Below are positions 52,901-62,863 of a stretch of DNA of 64,000 bases, one piece after another. Position 1 is the stretch's first letter. Each line of letters opens with the position of its first letter. Source of the DNA: Phoronis australis (lineage: Eukaryota; Animalia; Phoronida); assembly GCA_002633005.1 (NCBI GenBank), contig NMRA01000299.1, positions 446,132-510,131 of the forward strand, read 5' to 3'. The translations under genes and the position numbers were made by a program. The notes under the pieces are model-generated. The model had not been told where the DNA came from. It saw only the letters and a list, made by a program, of their open reading frames with translations, and did not search any database.

Positions 52901-55900
52901 TTTAAATTTTCAAACAAGAGCAACACGGAGCATTGAAATGCGCCCACGAATGCATTGCAAATGGTGTGCTTTTAGGGTTATTTATTTGTATCATAAAAAT
53001 GGCCAGTAGATGGCGCAAAACATACAATCCATCCAAAAACAGGAACATGCCATATTTCATAAAAATCTGTCAAAGAACTTCAGAGAAACAAAGGAAAACA
53101 GAATAAAATGAAATTGCCACCAGTGGGTACAGTCTCCGATGGATCCGCCTGAAAGTGTCGTCATCGTCGTCTGTTGTTATCTTCATATAAATACACTTAC
53201 TAAATTTAGTAAAGACCCTACAGTGGGTTTTGGGGATACAACTATGAGCGCAAAAAAAACTACCACTAGGAGGTGTCACAGTAGTCAGTCACATCATCAA
53301 AGGTCGTCTTCACACCGAGAACATATATGCCAATTTTCAGGGGTGGATGCCAAAAAATAAGATTTGAAAACAGCAAAAATGGCCACTAGGTGGTGCAAAA
53401 TACCACGATTCCATCCAAAAACAGGAAGAGAGCGTCATCACACCAATAGATACCTATACTTAAAATTTTATGGAAGTCTGTTGATGACCTTTGAAGATAC
53501 TGAGTTAAACGTAAGAAACTAAAATTGCCACTAGGGGGCACAGCAGTAGTCAGATCTGTCCGAAAATCGTCGTCATCCGTAGTCAACATCATATAAACAC
53601 AATTGCTAAATTAAGATCCTGCAAACGGTTTAGGAGATACAGTCATAGGCGCAACAAAAACAAAACTAGGAGGCGCCACAGTAGTCGAAAACATCGGAAA
53701 ATCATCTTTATAGTAAGCACATACACGCCAATTTTCACAATCACCCTTTGAGCGGTTTGGTTGATAGAGGGGTAGACGCAAAAAACAGAATCGAAAACAG
53801 TAAAAATGGCCACTAAGTCGAATCCATCCGAAAATGGGAGGATAGCGTCATCTCACTAATAGGTGCCTACATATTACATTTTTACAATATTTCACTTGTG
53901 TCTAGCAAAATACCTAATCTTCATTCTCGGGGAACTTCAAATACGAAATATATACTGCGTAGCGAGAAAAAAAGATTTAGCAGAACCACCTTGGAACCGC
54001 AAAACCGCGTGGATATTTGTTTACCACTTATCCAAGGTCAAAGGTTAAAGGGCTTCAAGTAAATCGAGTCTCCCGCCAGGTACAGAACAGCTTCGGTATA
54101 CCCTCAGTCCTTTCATTCACAAATTCGCCATAACACTGAACCAACGAGGTGTGGTTATGATAGAATGGTGCCGGGGAAAACGAAGACAAAACGTAGTTTT
54201 GATCCTAAGGGAGTTGTGCGTCTACATGCATACGACCGTTGACGTTGAAAATGAATGCTACGAGTTGCCCCAGGCCTCAGTCTGGTCATGAACACAGAAA
54301 GTTGTGAAGAGACAAAGCCTCCCTCTTATTCCTTAATTCAATTATTAAGTTAACATTTCGATGTTTCGATTTCATGTTAACGACTTACTTTAACCACCAA
54401 TTCAATTTTTGTTATCCGTTTCTTACTTGGTTTGGTATCAGTCTCCCAGCACGTGACGTGTACAGGCTATGAACTGTGACCTACTTTCTAAGTAGGTCGT
54501 ACAAAACGGCAGAAGTTGGCTGCGAAAGATAGGTCTATTTGAGGTTTTAATGATACTTAAGTTAGTTACGCACTGCAAAATTAGTTGACATTGCAAGAAA
54601 ACATTGAAATAGGTGACATAGTTAAGGATTATATAGGTTATGTATACCGAAAACAAGTTTTCACAGAATAATTAACCAAAGACTTAGAGTTTTTCACGTG
54701 TCCCAGTTTAATCGGCTTTTTCTTGGCTTCGGCAAATCGACTTTATTTGAACTTAGGAACATGAGTTCTCGAAAATGGCTTGATGGATTTCGCTGAAACT
54801 TTCCAAACTTAATATCTAGTCACCAATCTCAAAAACGCTGTTAGGATTTTTGATATAAAAGCTTAGTTTTTGTGTAATGTGGCAAAGACGAATACGACTT
54901 CAATTTTTTACAAAAATACCTTACGTTTTGCGAGTTTATTTGTCATAGAAACCAAACGAACAAACTAATCGAAAATTCCTAACAGCGTTTTTGAGGTAAT
55001 TGATGAAGTTTTCATTTAAAAAATGTTTCGTTAAAATCGACAGAGTGGTTATTTTGCTAAGAATGTACCTTTCTTAAAAATGAAATTTTTACTTAAAAAA
55101 GGTTTTTACGTAAAAATAATAATGACAAACAAATACAAAAAGTATATCTATATTTCCTGGTCTTTGTTCTTTCAAAAAATATATACTTTTACTGGTTGAC
55201 AAAGCTTAGTTTTTTTAGAATAGAGGCCACTAAATAAGGTTTGAAATAACCTTAAGGACTTTTGAAGATACAAAGGTAAACGTAAAAAAATAAAATTGCC
55301 ACTGGCAGGGCTTGGAATGACCAATGACAAAAAACGCGGAAACTTCTATGGCCCAAATCATGCCTGCTAACCAGCCTTGAAACGGTCGATGTGAACCTTT
55401 CCCCGACAAAAAAAAAAACAAAAAAAACGTTACCGCCATCAGTAGCATGCGTCTGCGTCCTTTTAGCTCGCTCGTCCACTCCCAACCCACACATTTTTGG
55501 TTGCAGAGCGGTAGTATTTGTTGCCGCGCTTAACAATAACACGAGACGCCATTGAAAATCCCACCACGCTGTCCCAGATGCCCCAGCAATGTTGACAATT
55601 TACGTTCCTCCGAAACATAAAGAGCAACTTCCGCTTTTCGAGGTGAACGTTGTCTGCAACGCCGCGGTAAGAAAGGAATTTGCCGCGGAAATTTTATATC
55701 AAATCCGATTTTTTACGCGGAAATATTATAAAAAAAGCGGACAGCACATTTGAAAAAAGCGGAAATCCGCGTTTCCGCGGAAAATTCCAAGCCCTGCACT
55801 AGGAAGCACACTGGTAGTTGGATCCGTCCGAAAGTTCGCTCATACCGTCCCATTTATGAATGGAACATATGTGCCAAATTTCATGAACGTATGTCAAAGG

Positions 55901-58900
55901 GTTTTGGAGATAAGGCAGCGAATGCCGGACGCCGCCCGGATGGAGGGATGGAGATGACGGCATAATGCGTCCACATATAAATATGTNGGGGGGGTCCCTC
56001 CCACCCGCTGAGGAAAGAATGTATATAAAAAGGTCATTTCCTTGCATTTTAGCACACAACCGTCCTCTTCACACTGAGAACATATATGCCAATTTTTAAA
56101 ACCATCCTTAGAATGATTTGGTTGATAGATAGGTAGACGTCAAAAACAGCAAAAACGATTCCATCCAAAAACGGGAGGATAGCGTCATCTCATCAATAGA
56201 TGTCCGTATTCAAAATTTTATGAAAATCTGTAGAGGACCTTCGAAGATACAGAGGTAAACATAAAACTAAACTTGCCACCAGGGGACATACCAGTAGTCA
56301 GATCCATCCCAAAATCAACGTCGTTTTTGTCAACATCATATAAACACAGTTCTTAAATTTAGTAAAGATCCTACAAATGGTTTAGGAGATATAGCTATGG
56401 GCGCAAAAAACAAAATGCCACTGGAAGGCGCCACAGTAGTCGAAGTCACCGGAAAATCATCGTCAGCTGTCCACTTCATAGTAAAAACAAATGCTAATCT
56501 TCACAATTATCCTGAAAGCGATTTGGTTCATACAGGGGTGGACACCAAAAAAAAACGACTTGAAAACAGTAAAAATGGCCACTAGGTGATGCAAACTAGG
56601 TCACATCCATCTGAAAATGGAAAGATAGTGTCACCTAACTAACAGAAGCTTGTATGCCAAATTTCATGAAAATACTTTGAGGACTTTCGAAGATACAGAG
56701 GAAAACGAAAAAAAATAAAATTGCCACTAGGTGGCACACCAGTAGTCAGATCTGTCTGAAAGTCGTCGTCGTCCATTGTCACCATCATACAAATGCACTT
56801 TCTAAATTTAGAGGAGATGCTGCAAAACAGTTTAGGAGATAAAGCCATAGGCGCAAAAAAAAAAACTGCCTAGGAGGTGCCACAGTAGTTGAAGTCGTTG
56901 GATTATCATTGTCAACCGTCCTCTTCATACCAAGAACATACATACCAATTTTCACAGTCATGCTTAGAGCGGATTGGTTCATAGAAGGGTGGACGTCAAA
57001 AATCAGACTCGAAAATAGTAAAAATGGCCACTAGGTGGTGCAAACTACGTCGAATCCATCCGAAAACAGGAGGATGTCGTCGTTTCCCTAATAGATGCCT
57101 AAATACCAAATTTCATGAAAATACCTTGAGGACCTTTGAAAATACAGAGGTAAACGTAAAAAAACTAAAATTGCCACTAGGGGGCACACCGGTTGTCGGA
57201 TCCGTCCGAAAGTTCGCTCATGGCGTCCCATCCATGAAAGGAACACATGTGCAAAATTTCATACATCAATCAGTTTTGGAGATAGAGCAGCGGATGCCGG
57301 ACACCGGACGGACACACATGACGGCATAATGTGATTAAAAATTAGAAGGTTCGTTTCATTCAGGATGTCATTGTCACTAGACTGCAAAAATCAAGATCTG
57401 TAAATCTTTTTAGAAAGCTAATCTGAGCAGATTTGCATGTTACACAGATAATCCACAACATGAGTACAGGACTCAATGTATCGTGAAGCTCACAAAAGAG
57501 AAGTGTACTGCCTTAATGCAGTTGAGTAACCATTTAAAATTATGAGATTAAGATAATGAAGTTGCATTCGAAAGGACATGAAGAAATATACCCTAGAGTA
57601 CATGTCAATGTTTCATTACATCGCACAGCACTGCAATTCACGAGTCTACACTGAACAAGACCATATCCTCAACAAATTCACAACTAAGGCCCACCAGTGC
57701 TCAACATGGGCGAAAATCTCGGCTGGAAAATAGGAGTGACAGCATATGTGCACTCGCGCTTCTATACCCGGACTTGGCTTCATAAAAGATCGCGACCCAA
57801 AAAAACCTTGAAACTCCCTGTTTGAATTTGGCGCTCGTATTTTTCTGTTTTCTAATCGTTTTTTCAAGTGCTTTACTCGAAAATTTCGAGTCGTTTGGCT
57901 ACGAGCCAGTGGTCGCCGGGGACATCGTAGTTGTTACTGTTTTACGTAGTGCACTATAAGTGGACGCTTTGTTGAATTGAAACTTACCAGGTCGAAAGTC
58001 AATCAAAGTCTTTCATACGCTACAAGAAATTTATTCTTAAAAAGAATCATTCCTTTCTCGCAGTTTTAAGAGTCAAATCCCGGCCTGGTTCACGGTTGAA
58101 GTAACAGGTGCTGTGCACGGGACTGGCTGACCTACTTTTTCCATATACAAAAAGTTGAAGCATTTCGAAGCTTTTACTTTCATGCTTAGTAAGTCATTGA
58201 ATACGAAACCAACATTGCACACCTCATTTTTTCTCGTGAAGTTTGCACTGCATTCCCGTGCAATATTTCTTGACACTAGCCATGTTGGGGATTCCGTCAC
58301 CTTGACGTCACAAAACAGGAAGATATTCCCCAAAGGTGGCTGCCAGTATTTGCCGATCGTCCTTGTAACATTTGTAGTAAAAATAGATTGCAAAAGTTTC
58401 TAATGTTGATTATTTTTTAATATTTAGCGAACTTAAACAATGAATTGTAGGTTTCAATAAAATTTATAAATAATAAATGTTAAAATTCTTTGTTTAGCCT
58501 TCATTTTCACCAAGGTTGTTTTGCAACAGGCCGTCTTTTTTCTGTCTTGGCCATGCCGTCCAAAGCCGTCACTTTTTTAGATGAGTCCCTGACGCAATGC
58601 GACTATGAACTTTGATGCCATCTCACAGGAAAAACTACATAATTAAAAAATCACAATAAAACAACTTTTTGAGATTTGCCAAGAAATCCACTCAAAAAGA
58701 CTCCTTTTTTACCACACTGTGTTCTACTATCATAAGCACTGTTATGCACAACAAATGATTTGTAATCGGATAAAAACTGTCGTACCAGCTGACTTGACTC
58801 TTCTGTTCTTCTTCCCAGGGTTCTCGTTGTAACACGCTCCCGCATAGACAACCTGCAGCAATGAGTTATGTGTTATGTTGACATAGATTTGCACATAGCT

Positions 58901-61541
58901 AGCTCTTCAGCAATTTTGACAAATTCAAAGAAATTCGATGCAATATGGCTCAGACAAGAAATTTCACATTTCAGTTAACGAGCCTACTTTTGAGGGACTA
59001 AATAGTGTTTTTATGTTGCTAATGTATGGCTGGGACTGTTTGGGTAGCTCAGTACATCCAAAGTAACAAAAACCATTAAAGGCAGGCTTCAAAAACACAG
59101 GTTAGGACTGCTCACACATAGCTCATGGACCAAAATTTCTATGCACAACTCTTCGGTAAATGAACATCTCAAAATTTAGTTGAAGGTTAAAGCCTATCTT
59201 CAATGACAACACATGTAAATTTGGTTCCTACAGTATGTTAAGAGCATCGCTCTGATCCCACTAGTACCATAAATTGCCAAATGTAACAAACTGTTAGACC
59301 TATTGGCTTGCTTTTGCCTATGTCATGGCAAGAATCACCTGCAAATAACACCCTCAAGCCATGGTGTTCTATTCCCACCCCTATTCAATACAGCCTTTTG
59401 TTGTTGGTGCTGGGATCTCACAGAGAGGCAACATGGTACAAAAGGCAGCTTCACTAATCATTTGAGGGGCTTACATTTTTTCCTAAGGCTTTGCTAGGAC
59501 TATCTGGTTAGCAAGGAGGCAGTGTGGCCTGGTTGATAAGTGCCCGCTTTCTTTACTCGAGGTCGTGGGTTCGAGTCCCACCAGGTGACACTGCTAAACC
59601 CTTGAGCCAGGTTTCTAGCTCCTCAGCCCGGTTTTAACCATATATTAATAAAGCATAAAAATATTTCCAGGTGATCAGTGCAATGGGCCCACATGCGAGG
59701 CCTGCGCACGTCTGGTACAACGTGTATCAGACCGCCTGCAATTATTTTTATATTTTATCTGGTTAGCCCAATACATTCATAATAACAAAATTACATTGAA
59801 GTTAGGCAAGTCAAAGTTGATAATATTCATAGATTATGGTAGATATGGTAAGCAAGAGAAATTTTATTTTGTGATTGTTCTCCCTCAAATATTTGTAGCA
59901 CCAAACAAATGGTTTATCATTTGAAAACGTCTTCCATCAGACGTTTTGAGAAATTGTGGTCATTTACAATGTTAGAAGCCAGTTGCTGGCTTTATTTTTG
60001 TCCAAAATTGGTCAAATATTATGGTACCAATAACTCCCAATACATGTCAGATGTCACACCAAGAGGCTGCTTGCTACTCCCACAAGTGATTACATAACTG
60101 CAAATTCTATGACTGATTAAGGCTGTCCAGCTTGGGTACCACATGTACAACAAAAGGAGTGTAGCAGGGGTCAAACATGTTTACAGCAAAATCCATACAA
60201 CAACCAACTGCACAAGGGATCTAATCAGCCTAGCAACTGAGCAGGGTCAAAAGGTTTCCTCAGCTATTAGTAGCACAAATAATGGTAAATAAAGGTCACA
60301 CATTAATAAAAGAAAAACTTCACACTGCATCATGACCAAAATTCTGAGATACTCTTTTCATTGTTGTTCACATAACTGTTTTATAGCTAGTGATTTTACT
60401 TTGAAACTAATGCAATCAAATTACCACTGTTGTGTGGTAGGAGTGCTTTCGAGTGACACTTGAAACTGAACCTTGAGTTCCGTGTTGAATATTTTCTCCA
60501 CAACTTAAATCGTAACATGTTTAAAATGAACTAAAGCAACAAATCTGTCCACATTCTTTGTAGTGCAATTGTACAAGACAGTCTTGCTGTTTGCATTAGC
60601 CTATTTGCCGTAACAAGCGCCCGGGGTGCTTAGAAAAATTTGCTTCAGGGGAGGGGGCCTAGGGCGGTTGAAACCCGGTTTCCGAAACCGGTGAAATCGG
60701 AAGCATATACGAAGCTTTTTTCATAACCATAATGTCATTGGTGAACTCAAATTACATTGGAATGACCAACAGGATTTTTAGCATAAGAGTCAAAGAAAAC
60801 TGAAGACACACACAGTACTGTTCTCAACCACTAATTGACAACTGGTCACACTATAGATTGCTTTGGTGTTCAGATCTTAGACAAGGATAATGCCACCCAG
60901 AGGCTCCTCATAAAATAGGCTATGCATATACAGTAGAACCATGCTGAGCGTTATCTCGATAGGAACATTGGATCATTTGAGCTCCAACTGTTTTGATTTC
61001 TAGTCTCATCTCACAATGCCTTTTGACTTGTACCTACATGGTTTGTTTTCCACTTGTGTTGGCTGTTTGAGTATGTGAACTGTTGCCTTGAAAATGGCTT
61101 AACGCAATAAACCTAACGTCAACATCTGGTTACAGTGCTTGACATACTAGTAAACGGTCAAACATACTCAAACATACATAAACTACCAGTAGAACATTGG
61201 ACTCACTTGTACTACTTACACAGGTGCCAAGCATTCTGCATATTTTTGGTTCCTACTATAACAAGCCCAAACTAGGAAATTGTGCAAATATGGTGTCACT
61301 TATAGGAATAGGACATTTTCACCTGTGGACAGATCTAAACCTCAAATCTCTTTGAACAATGAGTGTTTCATGACCTAGACAGATACCTCTAACTTACCCT
61401 CACTATGGCCCCACCTCTTGGTAGGTCAGGCATGGGGGCGTCCGGGCAGTAGTCGTAGTATGTGCTTCGTCGGCTGGCACGGGGTGCATTGTCAATGCAT
61501 GTGTAGTTGTCATTACTACACTGGTTCATTAACTTCTGCAT
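43821..61541 (-). CDS. MDR-superfamily (Zn-ADH-like fold) protein, paralogue 2, about 353 aa, 7 coding exons; zinc ligands degenerate
   Basis: Exons join(61541-61398,58852-58786,50559-50451,50032-49872,45601-45291,44214-44065,43940-43821) = 1062 nt. GT-AG introns with matching phases (0,1,2,1,0,0). Motifs: GGAIVRVVYAGACYNE, GYEISG, MGDKCII, AAMLPSGGLLAY, IVGAGGLGLW, VAD, VIDFVG, GRAVF. A micro-exon between exons 2 and 3, or a further N-terminal exon, cannot be excluded. Confidence 0.88.
44065..44214 (-). CDS. paralogue 2 coding exon 6 (YGVIFACGNS...LLRDGR)
   Basis: 150 nt, phase 0-0; acceptor tcacag, donor gtgagt. Confidence 0.9.
44207..44311. repeat. 51-bp tandem duplication spanning the exon 6 splice acceptor of paralogue 2
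   Basis: catactgtga at 44211 and 44262; both copies continue ...gaatgaaag..atgtacatattctagctagtagcaaca. Confidence 0.9.
45291..45601 (-). CDS. paralogue 2 coding exon 5 (IVGAGGLGLW...VAD...VIDFVG...VLNK)
   Basis: Rossmann motif; acceptor ccttag, donor gtgagg. Confidence 0.93.
45783..46955 (-). mobile_element. HINE/DINE-1-like element, family B (CCACTAG-motif repeats), in gene 2 intron
   Basis: SubTIR-like aatgcgctcat; about 145-bp internal repeats with gccactagRnggc; (agac)n microsatellite; terminal hairpin gcacccaaatataaatatgtgggcac. Confidence 0.7.
49300..49640 (-). pseudogene. possible decayed Kolobok-type transposase fragment
   Basis: Frameshifted KYLIS...QCKTLC...VNVLHRLVCILFLPTHFN...YCKQINVCSTF, loosely resembling the region upstream of Kolobok DDE cores. 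Confidence 0.25.
49872..50032 (-). CDS. paralogue 2 coding exon 4 (YANYMAVDD...LPSGGLLAY...KMI)
   Basis: 161 nt; acceptor tctag, donor gtaagc. Confidence 0.92.
50451..50559 (-). CDS. paralogue 2 coding exon 3 (GYEISGIVEAVC...MGDKCII)
   Basis: Acceptor ttgcag, donor gtaagc; phase 1 to 2. Confidence 0.9.
50724..52115. mobile_element. pogo/Tigger-like (Tc1-mariner) element with HIRAN-like remnant
   Basis: taccg...gccgtaa...ataagcgccc end, with repeated taagcgccc motifs near both termini; a partial inverted sister copy lies at 60601-60705. Minus-strand SSICGFHVYREIWIPV...GNPLDKYTTSVLK at about 50945-51065. Confidence 0.6.
52262..52303 (+). repeat. (TA)/(TACATA) microsatellite
   Basis: taatatatacatatacatatacatatacatatatatatatata. 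Confidence 0.9.
54045..55254. mobile_element. non-autonomous DNA transposon remnant (Kolobok-like) nested in family B repeat
   Basis: Internal inverted pair ctcaaaaacgctgttagga / tcctaacagcgtttttgag; the host repeat resumes at ccttaaggac near 55251; left boundary uncertain. Confidence 0.4.
55306..55796. mobile_element. MITE with 13-bp TIR and 6-bp TSD (hAT-like)
   Basis: CAGGGCTTGGAAT...ATTCCAAGCCCTG; flanks cactgg / cactag; repeated cgcggaaa subterminal motifs. Confidence 0.8.
58786..58852 (-). CDS. paralogue 2 coding exon 2 (VVYAGACYNENPGKKNRRVKSA)
   Basis: Acceptor ctgcag; homologous to VCFAGACYSD of paralogue 1; the donor gtacga is weak. Confidence 0.8.
59513..59755 (+). mobile_element. 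tRNA-derived SINE
   Basis: A-box tggcctggttga, B-box ggttcgagtccc, cccttgagc core, AT-rich tail; perfect 12-bp TSD TATCTGGTTAGC at 59501-59512 and 59756-59767. Confidence 0.85.
60601..60705 (-). repeat. end fragment of the pogo-like family at 50724-52115
   Basis: Reverse-complement similarity to about 52010-52115. Confidence 0.65.
61398..61541 (-). CDS. paralogue 2 coding exon 1 (MQKLMNQC...PDLPRGGAIVR)
   Basis: ATG in atcATGc context, 20 nt after a ctttgcag acceptor; donor gtaagt. Confidence 0.82.
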
Positions 61542-62830
61542 GATGATCAAATTCGGTACAACTGCAAAGAAATTAATTCATCACCATATCAACTGTCGTA
61601 ACTGTATCTTCGACGAGATGGAAACTCAGTTATTTCAGTCCAAATTTGGCACCCTCCATTTAAAAAACACGAGCCTGGCATAAATACACATACAGTAAAA
61701 TAGTAAGGAGTGAAGTGGCACCATATGTGTAACCATTTCTTAACTGGTAGAAGTTGGCATCTCTAACCATGCAGTAGGCTTATTCAGAAACACAAAACTA
61801 AACCTTGGCTTCTTGGCACTAATGTTCACACTGGAAAAATATATGCGACATCGCCAGGGTCTAGTGTTGGAGTACTAGTACTTAACAAGAATTTCCCCCA
61901 AAATTTACCTAGTCATGGAAAATACTGGCCACAATGGATTTGCCAAATTCCCAAATAACTAGTTCTAGTATCACAACAATAGACAGGTACCACACAAAGA
62001 TCATATACACAAGTGTGTCCCTATACAGAAGAGCATAAAATTAGCTGACAGCTAGAGGTCATCTGCAAATGACTGGGCAACAAATAGGTTAAGGTTATGT
62101 CCAACCATATTTAGTGACCCCCATTCTAACCTGTATATCAAAAAACTAAGCTTTGTCAACTACTAATAATAAACTCAAACAGTCAAGCAGAGCCTGTTTT
62201 AATATTTAGCTTAGCACTTGCTGGCCTCATCTGCTAAAAAACGTTCGAGAATTGTTTCGGTAAGACCGATATGTCACTCATTGAGTCGCCGGGTGAGTGG
62301 ATGCGTGACCCTAGTGTAACAGCTATTTTCCAGAAGATTCGGGGTGTAAGGGTGCGAATGTGTTCACTATGAGGTGCATTCCACGGTTTCATTTTTATGT
62401 TTACACATAGTTTAATCATTGAATTTTGTTGTCTGCAGGTCCATTTTCTGTTAGTCATAGAAATTTTGCTTTTATCGGAAGGTTTGTCTTATTTGTAACA
62501 TTTTGCGTTACAGATGTGAATTTTTTCATAATTTTTTCTACAGACATGAAGAAATAAATGCCAAAATTGTTTTAATATATCATTTGTTAAACAAGAAGTA
62601 TACTAACAGATGAAACTACCTGATTTTTTGATTAGTATTTCCAATTAAACTTTCAAATTAGTGAAAGTCACATCTGCAACATTTAAGTAACAAAAGTTTT
62701 GATTTTAGGAAAAAAGTAAATCAAGTTTAACACAATTTAATTTTCTCTTTATTCACCCTAATCAACAAAATTTAGCAAAATTTCTCAAATGTATCTAAAT
62801 CCAGTTCCACAAAAATCAAAAACATTTCAA

Positions 62831-62863
62831 GTCACATCTGTAACAGTTTGTTACAGATGTGAC
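62831..62863. repeat. perfect 15-bp-stem palindrome within a cluster of CACATCTGTAAC motifs (probable transposon subterminal repeats)
   Basis: gtcacatctgtaaca-gtt-tgttacagatgtgac; further copies near 62508 and 62667. Confidence 0.7.

Larger units (their letters stand above)
52913..57330 (-). mobile_element. HINE/DINE-1-like family B array (about 449-bp higher-order repeat of three 142-161-bp subunits) with nested insertions
   Basis: aacaagagc...aatgcgcccac end; homologous positions 56274/56722/57172 and 56577/57026; (ggac)n plus gacggcataat ends at about 55925-56000 and 57298-57330; interrupted at about 53870-55254 and 55306-55796. Confidence 0.75.

Noticed and set aside
53000-57330. CRISPR-like regularly spaced short repeats
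   Set aside because: The sequences between motifs are homologous to each other (higher-order tandem repeat) rather than unique spacers; the context is eukaryotic and intronic with no cas genes.
59515-59590. tRNA gene
   Set aside because: A and B boxes are present but no convincing cloverleaf; the extra body, tail and TSD identify it as a SINE.
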